Counted from the first letter of the stretch, positions 49,128-58,742 are shown. The stretch: 64,000 bases of DNA from Dehalococcoidia bacterium (GCA_963422755.1 OY730488.1); one strand, 5' to 3'. Notes: generated by a model not told the origin, from the sequence alone. Program-made: numbers and translations.

Positions 49128-50128
49128 TGGTGGACCGTTCGACCGAATCGGAACCACGCGGGGCTTGGACGCACGGATTCGCCGACGGCGCCGACGGCGC
49201 GCGGCTGCATTACGCCGAGATCGTGCCCGAGGAGCGTCCCGAGGAAGCGCCACTCGCCATCCTGCTGCACGGCTTCCCCGAGTACTGGTGGTCCTGGCGC
49301 TCACAGATGCCGGCGCTCGCCGCCTTGGGCTTCTGGGTCGTCGCACCCGACCTACGCGGGTACAATCTCTCCGACGCGCCCAGCGCTGTGCAAGATTACC
49401 GAATCGAGCTACTCACCGCCGACGTCCAGCGGCTGATCACACACTTCGATCGGGAGCGCGCCGTGATCGTCGGTCATGATTGGGGCGGCGTCGTCGCCTG
49501 GCACTTTGCGATGAGCCAGCCCGACGCCGTCGACCGACTCGTGATCATGAATGCCCCTCACCCCGAGCGGATGGCCGAAGCCTTCGGCGCTCGCCCAAAC
49601 CTCCGCCAGCTCGGCCGCTCCTGGTACATGTTCATGTTCCAGATCCCGAAGCTGCCCGAGCGCTGGCTCTCAGTCAACGACTACGAGCGCGTCGGCTGGA
49701 TCTTCCGCGACACCGCCGCGCACAAAGAGGCGTTCCCCCCCGAAGTGCTGCAGGAGTACCGCCGCGCCGCCGCGCAGCAGGGATTGAACGGACCGCTGCA
49801 CTTCTATCGCGCCGCCATCCGCGCCGGCCTGCAGGACTCGCGCGCGCGCATCAGCAGCCGCTTCAGCGGACTCAGCCACGCGCTCGAGGGGATCCTCGGA
49901 CCCGCGCCATCGGAACCAGCCGTGTTTCCGAAGATCACCGCGCCCACCCTGTTGCTCTGGGGCGAACAGGACACCGCGCTGGGCAAAGAGCTCACCGAGC
50001 GTATGGACGACCTCTTCGCAGGGCCGTTCGAACTCACCTACCTGCCCGACTGCGGACACTGGATCCAGCAAGAGTGTCCGGAAGACGTCAATCGCCTAAT
50101 GATCGAGTTTCTCGAACGCTACCGCTGA
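49127..50128 (+). CDS. Alpha/beta hydrolase, tandem paralog (TAATG stop/start overlap)
   Basis: HGFPEYWWSWR and GHDWGG align with the upstream paralog. The overlap implies translational coupling. Confidence 0.8.
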   Translation: MVDRSTESEPRGAWTHGFADGADGARLHYAEIVPEERPEEAPLAILLHGFPEYWWSWRSQMPALAALGFWVVAPDLRGYNLSDAPSAVQDYRIELLTADVQRLITHFDRERAVIVGHDWGGVVAWHFAMSQPDAVDRLVIMNAPHPERMAEAFGARPNLRQLGRSWYMFMFQIPKLPERWLSVNDYERVGWIFRDTAAHKEAFPPEVLQEYRRAAAQQGLNGPLHFYRAAIRAGLQDSRARISSRFSGLSHALEGILGPAPSEPAVFPKITAPTLLLWGEQDTALGKELTERMDDLFAGPFELTYLPDCGHWIQQECPEDVNRLMIEFLERYR

Positions 50129-50166
50129 ATGGCTACGGAATAGCCACCTCTGCACCGCTGTCGTGA

Positions 50167-51228
50167 TCAAGTCAGCGGCGCGTCGGGATCGACATCCGTG
50201 GTCGCGGCGATCCAGTATCGGCGTCGGATGCCCATCGACAGCTCCTCGAGGTCGCGCGCGACCTGGCGCTCGCTCGCGCCATCCAGAGCCGCGCTGCCGC
50301 AGACGCCAGTCAACATCGAACGCTTGAAGATCAGCCCTACCGACGCATCCACGAACGACAGGTCACGGGCCTTGTTTGCGAGAAAGTACTGCATCTCTTT
50401 GGGATCGAAGGGCAACGGCCCGCGGCCGTCAGTCGGCCACAACCCCCAGCCGAGATAGCCGCCGCGCGCAACATGCTCGCGGACAGCGCGGTGATGGACA
50501 ATCAGATCCTCAACGTGCCCCTCGCGGGCATCGAAGTGGATCAGGTTGGGCCGGGCGTCGAGCGCCCGTGTCCAATTCACCGCGGCGCAGCAGTGAATGC
50601 CGGCCAGTGCGCCAATCCGTTGCACCGGCTCGATCGCCGCTCGCAGCACTGGCACAACCTCGCGCCAGGGCAGGGGGATGCTCGGCTCGCCCACCGATGC
50701 CAGCTCAGGTTCGTCAAACACGATGATCGCCTGGTAGCCGATCCGCTGGAAGGCGCGCGCTTGCTCGGCGGCTGCGGCCCCCAGCCAGAAGGCCAGACGC
50801 CGCAGTGTCGGCAGATCGTCGTGCGGGGCGGCGCCATCGCCATCGCGCATCCAGCGCGACAGCGTCACCGGCCCCACGATCTGCCCCTTGACCACCTGCG
50901 AACGTCGCGCTTCGGATACAGTGGGTAGCCGTTCCAGCAGCTCGTACAGCCCCGAGGTGCGCTCTCGATCGGGTAGACCGGCGTTGGCGAGGTCCGTGTC
51001 CGACAGCTCACCGCCCCAAGTTACATAATCCCCATCCCAGCTCGCGCCCGGCAGGCCAAGCGCGGTTTGGGGGATCATCTGTTCCTCATCCGAGCGGTTG
51101 GGCAGCTGCGGCCAGAAGGGCAGCCGCCAATAATCCTCGAGCACTTCCGTCACCGCTTCGACGGCATCGGTATGCCGGATCGATCCGACGCCACAAGGGA
51201 GGAGCGGCAGGTGAATCGGTGCGTCCAC
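50167..51228 (-). CDS. Hypothetical TIM-barrel protein (cobalamin-independent methionine-synthase / UroD-like)
   Basis: The 353-aa protein is transcribed divergently from nrdJ. The family assignment is tentative. Confidence 0.45.
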   Translation of the reverse strand: MDAPIHLPLLPCGVGSIRHTDAVEAVTEVLEDYWRLPFWPQLPNRSDEEQMIPQTALGLPGASWDGDYVTWGGELSDTDLANAGLPDRERTSGLYELLERLPTVSEARRSQVVKGQIVGPVTLSRWMRDGDGAAPHDDLPTLRRLAFWLGAAAAEQARAFQRIGYQAIIVFDEPELASVGEPSIPLPWREVVPVLRAAIEPVQRIGALAGIHCCAAVNWTRALDARPNLIHFDAREGHVEDLIVHHRAVREHVARGGYLGWGLWPTDGRGPLPFDPKEMQYFLANKARDLSFVDASVGLIFKRSMLTGVCGSAALDGASERQVARDLEELSMGIRRRYWIAATTDVDPDAPLT

Positions 51229-51414
51229 TGGCTCTCCACCACTTCCGTTGACAATCTGGACAGCACCACAACAGAGTGTGTGTCGGGGCTAGTGTACCTC
51301 TCAACCGGTCGGCGTCTGCACCTCGGTGCCTGCAGCGCAAGCCACTCCGAGCCTCGCTCGGAGTGCAGCTGGCCTACATAAAAGCTCGAAGAGCCCTCGC
51401 TAGTGTGTTGCTAC

Positions 51415-51452
51415 CCTTACTGCTCAACCGCATGAGCGGTTGAGCAGTAAGG
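51415..51452. repeat. Perfect 17-bp inverted repeat with a 4-nt spacer (CCTTACTGCTCAACCGC atga GCGGTTGAGCAGTAAGG), 115 nt upstream of the nrdJ start codon in the divergent nrdJ leader/promoter region
   Basis: Read directly from the sequence: a 38-nt perfect palindrome located 115 nt upstream of the nrdJ start codon. Confidence 0.6.
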
Positions 51453-51566
51453 TGGTGAAACAGAACCGGCTCGGCCGACAACACTCCCTCAGGAGACCCT
51501 GCCGGGCGAGCGCGAGCCACACGCAGAGAACGCACGTGCTATATTGGCACTCTGAAGGTACCGCGC

Positions 51567-54419
51567 ATGTCTCACACACACGAAATCCTCGACACGATCG
51601 ATGAAGCTGCGCCCACCCTGCCCAGCGACACCGCCGTTGAAGAGCGCCCCCAGACGCATCCCCCCCCCCGCCCGCTTCGCGAAGCGCTGATTGGCCGCTA
51701 CTTCACCCAGCCCGGCGTCGACGTCTACGAGCAGATTGAGTGGACCTACCGCTCGGCCCAGATCTCGACCGACAGCGGCGACACGATCTTCGAGCAGCAC
51801 GACATCGAAACGCCCGCTTTCTGGTCCCAGGCCGCGACCAACATCGTCGCATCCAAGTACCTCTGGGGTAAAATGGACACACCCCAACGCGAACGCTCGA
51901 TCAAGACGCTGATCGACCGCGTGGTCGAGACCATCACTCGCTGGGGCCGCGACGGCGGCTACTTCACCGACGCCGCGGCGTCGTCAGCCTTCTCGCAGGA
52001 ACTGCGCTACCTGCTCGTCAACCAATACGCCGCATTCAACTCGCCCGTCTGGTTCAACGTCGGCATCGAAGAGCAGCCACAGTGCTCGGCCTGCTTCATC
52101 AACTCCGTCGAGGACACGATGGAGTCAATCATGGACCTCGCCACGCGTGAGGCGCTGCTCTTCAAATGGGGCAGCGGCACCGGCTCCAACCTGTCAACCT
52201 TGCGCTCGAGCCGCGAGGCGCTCACCGGCGGCGGACACGCCTCCGGCCCAGTCTCGTTCATGCGCGGCTACGACGCCTTCGCCAACGTGATCAAGTCGGG
52301 CGGCAAGACTCGCCGCGCCGCCAAGATGATCATCCTCAACGCCGACCACCCTGACATCATGGAGTTCATCCACTCCAAGGCCGCAGAAGAACGCAAGGCC
52401 TGGGCCCTGATCGATGCCGGCTACGACGGCTCGCTCAATGGCGACGCCTACTCATCGGTCTCATTCCAGAATGCCAACCACTCCGTGCGCGTCAGCGACG
52501 ACTTCATGCGCGCGGTCGAAACCGACAGCATCTGGACCACCCGTGAAGTCGTCAGTGGCGAAGTGGTCGAACGCCTCCCAGCCAGCGACATCCTCCGCGC
52601 CGTCGCCGCGGCCACGCACCAGTGCGGCGACCCCGGGATCCAGTTCGACACCGTCATCAACGACTGGCACACCTGCGCCAACACCGACCGCATCTACGCA
52701 TCCAACCCCTGCTCCGAGTACATGTTCCTCGATGACACCGCCTGCAATCTCGCCTCGCTCAACCTGCTCAAGTTCTACGATCTCGATACCCACACGTTCA
52801 ATGCCGACGCCTTCAGCCACGCCTGCCGCGTCATGATCACCGCCCAGGAGATTCTCGTCTCGAACGCTTCGTACCCCGCGAAGCTGATCGAGGAACGATC
52901 AAATCAATTCCGCACGCTGGGACTGGGCTACACCAACCTCGGCGCGCTGCTGATGGCGCGCGGGCTGCCCTACGACTCGCAAGACGGCCGCGCCCTCGCC
53001 GCGACCGTGACCGCGCTGATGACCGGCGAGGCGTACCACCAGTCGGCCCGCATCGCCCAACGCGTCGGCCCGTTCGCCGGCTTCGACGCCAACCGCGACC
53101 CCTTCCTCAACGTCATGCGCAAGCACCAGGCGGCCGTCGAACGGATCGACGGGATCGAGACCGTCCCCGTTCCGCTCCGCGAGGCCGCCGCGACTGCCTG
53201 GCGTCAGGCGATCGCCTTGGGACAGCAGCACGGATACCGCAATGCGCAAGCCACCGTCCTTGCGCCGACCGGCACCATCTCGTTCATGATGGACTGCGAC
53301 ACCACCGGCGTGGAGCCCGACATCTCGCTGGTCAAGTACAAGAACCTCTCCGGCGGTGGCGGCTTCAAGATCGTCAACCGCACGGTCCCCGCCGCGCTGC
53401 GTCGACTCGGCTACCACCAACAGGCGATAGAGCGCATCAGCGCCCACATCGACGAGAGCGGCACGATCGAGGGCGCGCCAGATCTTGATCCCGCGCATCT
53501 CTCCGTCTTCGACTGCGCCTTCAAACCAGCCAACGGAACGCGCAGCATCGCCCCGCTCGGACACATCCGCATGCTCGGTACCGTCCAACCCTTCCTCTCG
53601 GGCGCCGTCTCCAAGACCGTCAACGTACCCGAGCACACCTCCGTCGATGAGATCATGCAGACCTACATCGAAGCCTGGAAACTCGGCGTCAAGGCGGTCG
53701 CGATCTACCGCGACAACTCCAAGCGCGTGCAACCACTCGAAACCAGCACAGGGACTCAGTCGGTACCAACTCCAGCACAGACGCAGCTGGAGATGTCAAA
53801 GGTCACGGACGACCCCGTCGTAGTCGACGCCGCCGGCGGGCCGCCGGGATATCGCCGCCACCGCCTCCCAGACGAGCGCAGCGCTATCAATCACAAGTTC
53901 ACGATCGGCGAACACGAGGGCTATCTCACCATCGGCGAGTACGAAGACGGTAGCCCAGGCGAAGTGTTTGTCCACATTTCCAAGGAAGGGACGATCGCCT
54001 CCGGTCTGATGGACGGCGTCGCCGCGCTGACCTCCGTGGCGCTGCAGTCTGGCGTGCCGCTCTCGACGCTGATCAAGAAGTTCGCCCACACCCGCTTCGA
54101 ACCGAGCGGATGGACGCGCAATCGCGACATCCCGCAGGCCGACTCGATCCTCGACTACATCTTCCGTTGGATGGGCCTGCGCTACCTCAACAATGACGAT
54201 GCCGACAGCATCGCCCAGCAAGTGCGCATGGCCATCATCCAGAACGAAGACGCCGTAGCCGATCAGACCACTGGGCCGAAGCCAATCACGGCGTCAGCCC
54301 AACCCAGCTTCCAGCACCAGCTCGACGCCCCGCTCTGCGCGAACTGCGGCTCGCTCATGGTGCGCGCCGGCTCCTGCCACCGCTGCATGAACTGCGGCGA
54401 GACCTCTGGCTGCAGCTAA
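51567..54419 (+). CDS. nrdJ: Vitamin B12 (adenosylcobalamin)-dependent ribonucleoside-diphosphate reductase, class II
   Basis: The 950-aa protein has the class II RNR active-site region NPCSEYMFLDDTACNLASLNL and a C-terminal zinc ribbon (CANCGSL...CHRCMNCG). Confidence 0.9.
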   Translation: MSHTHEILDTIDEAAPTLPSDTAVEERPQTHPPPRPLREALIGRYFTQPGVDVYEQIEWTYRSAQISTDSGDTIFEQHDIETPAFWSQAATNIVASKYLWGKMDTPQRERSIKTLIDRVVETITRWGRDGGYFTDAAASSAFSQELRYLLVNQYAAFNSPVWFNVGIEEQPQCSACFINSVEDTMESIMDLATREALLFKWGSGTGSNLSTLRSSREALTGGGHASGPVSFMRGYDAFANVIKSGGKTRRAAKMIILNADHPDIMEFIHSKAAEERKAWALIDAGYDGSLNGDAYSSVSFQNANHSVRVSDDFMRAVETDSIWTTREVVSGEVVERLPASDILRAVAAATHQCGDPGIQFDTVINDWHTCANTDRIYASNPCSEYMFLDDTACNLASLNLLKFYDLDTHTFNADAFSHACRVMITAQEILVSNASYPAKLIEERSNQFRTLGLGYTNLGALLMARGLPYDSQDGRALAATVTALMTGEAYHQSARIAQRVGPFAGFDANRDPFLNVMRKHQAAVERIDGIETVPVPLREAAATAWRQAIALGQQHGYRNAQATVLAPTGTISFMMDCDTTGVEPDISLVKYKNLSGGGGFKIVNRTVPAALRRLGYHQQAIERISAHIDESGTIEGAPDLDPAHLSVFDCAFKPANGTRSIAPLGHIRMLGTVQPFLSGAVSKTVNVPEHTSVDEIMQTYIEAWKLGVKAVAIYRDNSKRVQPLETSTGTQSVPTPAQTQLEMSKVTDDPVVVDAAGGPPGYRRHRLPDERSAINHKFTIGEHEGYLTIGEYEDGSPGEVFVHISKEGTIASGLMDGVAALTSVALQSGVPLSTLIKKFAHTRFEPSGWTRNRDIPQADSILDYIFRWMGLRYLNNDDADSIAQQVRMAIIQNEDAVADQTTGPKPITASAQPSFQHQLDAPLCANCGSLMVRAGSCHRCMNCGETSGCS

Positions 54420-54428
54420 GGAAAGGCC

Positions 54429-55175
54429 TCAGCCCGATTCCTCGCGCTGGCGCACAAGACTGCGCCGCCGTCGCTCGTATTCGCTCTGTGAGAGCTGCGA
54501 GCGACTCCGTTCCAGCGCTTCCGACTCCGGCGAGGTGACCGACAACTGAACCTCGCTCCGAGACGAGACCGCGACGATCGGAACAGCCTGCTCGACCAGC
54601 CTCGGCGGCGGCGCGGGACGAACGCGCGGACCGCTCGGTGCCGGCGGGGGCAGACGATACTCAGACGAATCCAGGGACGTCACCGCCTGAGTCGGCTGCG
54701 GCGCCTCACGGCGCATAACGACCAGCGTCCCCACCAGCCGGTCGTGGACGCACTGCCGATCAGGGTTCAGCAGAACCCAACCGGCGTTGCCGATCGGGCC
54801 CAGCAGCGTAACTGCGTATCCGATCAACCCCAGCGCCAACCGCTTGATAACCAGTTCTCGCACCCACATCCGCTGCGGCGTCAGCGGCTGCCCCGACTCC
54901 TGAATCACGTAGAGATTGAGTAGCGACTTGCCCGGCGATTGCCCGTCCCCGGATGTTCGCCACATCCAGTACAGCCAAACCGGCAACAATACGAACAGCA
55001 ACAGGTCCAGCAGCTCACCCACCAGCCGACGCAGATACGGCGCGGCGACATCAGCCGATGTCGGATGTGACATCAGCACACCGCACTCGCTGCAGAACGC
55101 CCCGACACCGGGATACTCCCCGCAGATCGAACAGTGCTCCGGGCGCAGCGCGGGCGGGCGCGGCAACGACATCAT
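54429..55175 (-). CDS. RDD-family membrane protein with an N-terminal zinc ribbon
   Basis: CSICGEY...CSECG is followed by an RDD domain (WRTSGDGQSPGKSLLNLYV...VHDRLVGTLV). The start was chosen at MMSLPRPP. Confidence 0.65.
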   Translation of the reverse strand: MMSLPRPPALRPEHCSICGEYPGVGAFCSECGVLMSHPTSADVAAPYLRRLVGELLDLLLFVLLPVWLYWMWRTSGDGQSPGKSLLNLYVIQESGQPLTPQRMWVRELVIKRLALGLIGYAVTLLGPIGNAGWVLLNPDRQCVHDRLVGTLVVMRREAPQPTQAVTSLDSSEYRLPPPAPSGPRVRPAPPPRLVEQAVPIVAVSSRSEVQLSVTSPESEALERSRSQLSQSEYERRRRSLVRQREESG

Positions 55176-55275
55176 CGACCTCCGCCGCGAGACTACCGCG
55201 CGATATGCGCCTGTGCTCAGCGAGCTCAGCGGCAAACGCCAGATTCGAGCACGTAAACGCGCGGGGCGCCTGCAG

Positions 55276-56004
55276 TCATAACGCCCGCAGCTCCGCGCTT
55301 GGCTGGCGGACGGGGCGAACGCTAATCACCAGCGTGCCAAACACTCGGTCGTGCACCGTCTGCCGGTCTGACCCTGCGTAGATGAACGCCACATCCGCCA
55401 ACGTCACAAACGGCGCAACGCCGACCAGCGTCAACAGCGCGTCAGGCGGTGACATGATTGGCTCGGCGATCAACGACGGGATGATCAGAAAGAACTGAAA
55501 CGCCCCTTCACGCAGCCAGTTCACGGACGCGGGCGCGTCGCCGCCGTCGCTGGCCATGATCTTCATCCGCAGGATCTGCTTGCCTGGCGTTTGTCCACGC
55601 GGAGCCACCACAGCGAACCAGAGGAACCAAATCCCGGTCGCAATCAGCGTGCTGACATTGAGATCGGATACCGCTATGTCGCTGGCGTCGCGCAGATCAA
55701 CATCGAGCAACCCCGCTCCATTGAGAACCAGGAACACCGCCACCCCGAACGCGGCGACGATCAGAACATCGAGCAAGCGAGCGAAAAAGCGCGTCCACCG
55801 AGAGGCCGCGTAGCGAATGGTGTGGCCCCGCTCCGCGTCATCGCGAAACGCATTGCAATTGGTGCAGAACCGCGTGCCCAGACGCGTATCGCCACGGCAG
55901 GCTGCGCAGAGCGCCCCATACAGCGGCGGTCCCGTTCCTGAACCCGACGAGCCATCGGGCGCTCGCTCGTAGGGATCAGTCGGAAGCGGCTCGAAGCGAC
56001 CCAT
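55276..56004 (-). CDS. RDD-family membrane protein with an N-terminal zinc ribbon, tandem paralog
   Basis: CAACRGD...CTNCN is followed by an RDD domain (PRGQTPGKQILRMKI...VHDRVFGTLV). Confidence 0.65.
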   Translation of the reverse strand: MGRFEPLPTDPYERAPDGSSGSGTGPPLYGALCAACRGDTRLGTRFCTNCNAFRDDAERGHTIRYAASRWTRFFARLLDVLIVAAFGVAVFLVLNGAGLLDVDLRDASDIAVSDLNVSTLIATGIWFLWFAVVAPRGQTPGKQILRMKIMASDGGDAPASVNWLREGAFQFFLIIPSLIAEPIMSPPDALLTLVGVAPFVTLADVAFIYAGSDRQTVHDRVFGTLVISVRPVRQPSAELRAL

Positions 56005-56036
56005 ACGTGCTCCCCACCCTGCTCGTACGAGTGAGC

Positions 56037-56651
56037 CTAACTGGCGATCCCGTTCGTCGTATCCGGCAGCGGGACAGGATGGTAATCGCCGCTGCGCAAC
56101 GCCGCGACGAGTTCCGCCAGCGAGCTGATTGCAGCGCCAAATTCCGTCGCGGCCGTGCCGACTTCGTGCAGCGCGTGTGAGTCGCTGCCGCCGATCGGCG
56201 GCAAGGGACGATTGCGGCCGCGTGAGGTCGCGCTCTGATTCTGTAACGGTCCATCGCAGCCATTGAGCCCTTCGACCCCATCGAACAGCTCCATTGCCGC
56301 GCGCGACACCCGCAGACCCGGATCTCGCGCCGGATGAGCGAGAAACATCAACGCGCCGTGCGCGTCGCAGTACGCCCGCAATCGCCCCGCATCTGTGATC
56401 CGCGGCGTCAGCGCATCCAATCCGTACACCAGCACATGACCCAGTTCGGTCGTCACCTCCACGCCCGGCAAGACCAGCAAACCCGACTCGTTCGAGAGCT
56501 GCGCCGCCCGCTCAGCGGGCCAGACGACGTCGTGCTCGGTCAGCACGACTCCATCCAGGCCGCACGCGCCCGCCTGGGCGATCGCGGCGAGCGGCAGGAG
56601 ATTGCTGTCAGTCGAGTAGACCGATGTGTGCGTGTGCATGTCAATCAGCAT
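56037..56651 (-). CDS. PHP-domain metal-dependent phosphoesterase
   Basis: It has the typical PHP start MLIDMHTHTSV plus LTEHD and HP motifs. The upstream part of the track ORF is an over-extension. Confidence 0.7.
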   Translation of the reverse strand: MLIDMHTHTSVYSTDSNLLPLAAIAQAGACGLDGVVLTEHDVVWPAERAAQLSNESGLLVLPGVEVTTELGHVLVYGLDALTPRITDAGRLRAYCDAHGALMFLAHPARDPGLRVSRAAMELFDGVEGLNGCDGPLQNQSATSRGRNRPLPPIGGSDSHALHEVGTAATEFGAAISSLAELVAALRSGDYHPVPLPDTTNGIAS

Positions 56652-56750
56652 CCAATCAAGCGTCACCTGTACCGTCCTGACGATCAACCACCGCCGCCTT
56701 CGAGACAGTTGTACGATCCCTCTGGTGGAGTCACCCTCTATGGAACGCGC

Positions 56751-57122
56751 ATGGAACCACGCGACACACGACTGGAACTGATCGCTGAGATCGTCGAGGA
56801 CGAGCGGCAGCTCGATGGCAGTCGACACATCGAACTCGTCGGCGCTGTGCAACCGGCGGACCTCGCGCTGCGACTGGTCGTCACCCGCGACGGCGTGGTG
56901 CAGGAAGCGGAGCTACATCTGAAACGCGGAGAAACCTGGCACGTGGTGACGTTCGACCGTACCGAGCCCAACCACCCCACCGACATGCCCGACGACGACC
57001 GCAGCGGCCTATTCACCATGAAACTGCACGCGGACGGCGTTGCACTCAGCCTGGACCAGCGCGATGACGGAGACATCGCCCTCAGCCTGCAGCTAGAACA
57101 TACGCCGGAGGTCGGCACATGA
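56751..57122 (+). CDS. Hypothetical protein translationally coupled to cofD (ATGA overlap)
   Basis: An internal Met starts a 123-aa acidic protein whose stop overlaps the cofD ATG. The 5' part of the track ORF is antisense to the PHP gene and is spurious. Confidence 0.4.
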   Translation: MEPRDTRLELIAEIVEDERQLDGSRHIELVGAVQPADLALRLVVTRDGVVQEAELHLKRGETWHVVTFDRTEPNHPTDMPDDDRSGLFTMKLHADGVALSLDQRDDGDIALSLQLEHTPEVGT

Positions 57123-58060
57123 CGCAGGTTGCGGTTCTGGCTGGCGGCGTCGGCGCGGCGCGCTTCCTCGACGGCCTCGTCCGTGTGTCGCCGCCCGCAG
57201 ACATCACTGCAATCGTCAATGTCGGCGACGACATGGAGTGGGCCGGGCTCCACATCTCGCCCGACCTCGACACGATCACGTACACGCTGGCCGACCTGGT
57301 CAATCCCGAAACTGGCTGGGGCCTGCGCGGCGAGTCGCGGCGCACGCTGGAGCGTCTCGCCGATCTCGGTGGACCTGACTGGTTCATGATCGGCGATCTC
57401 GACCTCGCCACGCACCTCTACCGCACACACCGACTACGCAACGGCGACACGCTCTCAGCGATCACACGTGACCTGACGCAACGCCTCGGGCTGGAGTGCG
57501 CCATCATCCCCGTCACCGATGACCGCCTGCGCACAGTGGTGAGCACCGACGCCGGGTCGCTCGCGTTTCAGGACTACTTTGTCCGACGCCGCGCCGCTGA
57601 CGCCGTCCGCTCACTCCGCTTCGATGGCGCTGAGACTGCGCGTCCCGCACCCGGCGTGCTGGACGCCCTCAGACAAGCCGATGTGATCGTGATCGCGCCG
57701 TCGAATCCCTTCCTCAGCATCGATCCGCTGCTCAGCGTACCCGGCCTCCGCGACGCCGTGACAGACAGCCATGCGCCTGTTGTCGCCGTCAGTCCGATCA
57801 TCGGCGGCCAGGCCGTCAAGGGTCCCGCCGCCGACATCCTGCAGTCGCTCGGGCACGATGTGTCCGCGCTCGGCGTGGCGCGCCTCTATGCGGCGCTTGC
57901 TGATGTCTTCATCCTCGACGATCAAGACGCCGCGCTCGCCACGGACATCGAGTCGGAAACGGGCCTGCGGGTCAGCGTGATGCCGACGCTGATGACCGAT
58001 CTCGACGCAAAGACGGCGCTCGCAGCCGGCAGCCTGGAAGCGGCTCGCTATGTCGGCTGA
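57119..58060 (+). CDS. cofD: 2-phospho-L-lactate transferase (F420 biosynthesis; CofD / FbiA)
   Basis: The CofD family is identified by the N-terminus VAVLAGGVGAARFL, by VNVGDD and by the C-terminal region. Confidence 0.85.
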   Translation: MTQVAVLAGGVGAARFLDGLVRVSPPADITAIVNVGDDMEWAGLHISPDLDTITYTLADLVNPETGWGLRGESRRTLERLADLGGPDWFMIGDLDLATHLYRTHRLRNGDTLSAITRDLTQRLGLECAIIPVTDDRLRTVVSTDAGSLAFQDYFVRRRAADAVRSLRFDGAETARPAPGVLDALRQADVIVIAPSNPFLSIDPLLSVPGLRDAVTDSHAPVVAVSPIIGGQAVKGPAADILQSLGHDVSALGVARLYAALADVFILDDQDAALATDIESETGLRVSVMPTLMTDLDAKTALAAGSLEAARYVG

Positions 58061-58742
58061 GCGCAGCGAGCTGGTCGCAGTTGTGCCCGTCCGAGGATTG
58101 CCCGCAGGCAAGCGACGACTCGCGGCGCTGCTCAACGCCGACGAACGCAACACACTCGTGCTCGCCATGTTGGACGACGTCGTCGCGGCACTGTCGGCTG
58201 CCTCGCTCGTCGACCGCGTCGTCATCGCCTCCCGCGATGCCGCCGCCCGTAGCGAGGCCGCCCGTCTCGGCGTCGAATTTCTCGACCAGACCGATCTGCG
58301 GCTTGGCTACAACCGCGCGGTCACCTGCGCGCAGAAGTCCTACCGCAGCTCAGCAGCACTCCTGGTCGTCCCCGCTGACGTACCGCTGATCACACCCGAC
58401 GCTGTCGACCTGTTCGTGTCAGCCGCACCCTCGGGCGCGGCGGTCATCGTGGCGCCAGCGCACAACGGCGGTACCAACGCTCTGCTGTTGCGCCCACCTG
58501 GCATCATCGCGCCACAGTTCGGGCCGTCATCGGCACGGGCGCATGAACAGTCAGCCGCCGCGGCCGGCGAGGCCGGCGTGCCGTTCCGAGCAGTCCACAT
58601 CGAAGTCTTCGCGTTCGATCTCGACACGCCGGCAGATCTGCGCTGGCTCGAAGAGACCTTGCCGCAGCTGCCTGACGAGATCGCGCTGAATTCACGGCGA
58701 TGGTTGGCAGCGCGGGATGTCAGCGCCCGTGCCTACCGGTAG
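58050..58742 (+). CDS. cofC: 2-phospho-L-lactate / PEP guanylyltransferase (F420 biosynthesis; CofC / FbiD)
   Basis: It has an MobA-like nucleotidyltransferase fold (AVVPVRGLPAGKRRL). It overlaps the cofD stop by 11 nt. Confidence 0.8.
   Translation: MSAERSELVAVVPVRGLPAGKRRLAALLNADERNTLVLAMLDDVVAALSAASLVDRVVIASRDAAARSEAARLGVEFLDQTDLRLGYNRAVTCAQKSYRSSAALLVVPADVPLITPDAVDLFVSAAPSGAAVIVAPAHNGGTNALLLRPPGIIAPQFGPSSARAHEQSAAAAGEAGVPFRAVHIEVFAFDLDTPADLRWLEETLPQLPDEIALNSRRWLAARDVSARAYR

Noticed and set aside
51452-51566. Possible cobalamin (B12) riboswitch in the nrdJ leader. It contains GGTGGTGAAAC..CC and GCCACAC, reminiscent of B12-box elements.
   Set aside because: The elements are in the wrong order and spacing for the AdoCbl riboswitch consensus, and the region is too short. 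B12 riboswitches normally repress B12-independent RNRs, not the B12-dependent NrdJ. I treat this as chance similarity.
56334-56750. 5' portion of plus-strand ORF 56334..57122
   Set aside because: It is antisense to the well-supported PHP phosphoesterase N-terminus (MLIDMHTHT). Only the distal part from the Met at 56751, which is coupled to cofD, is plausible.
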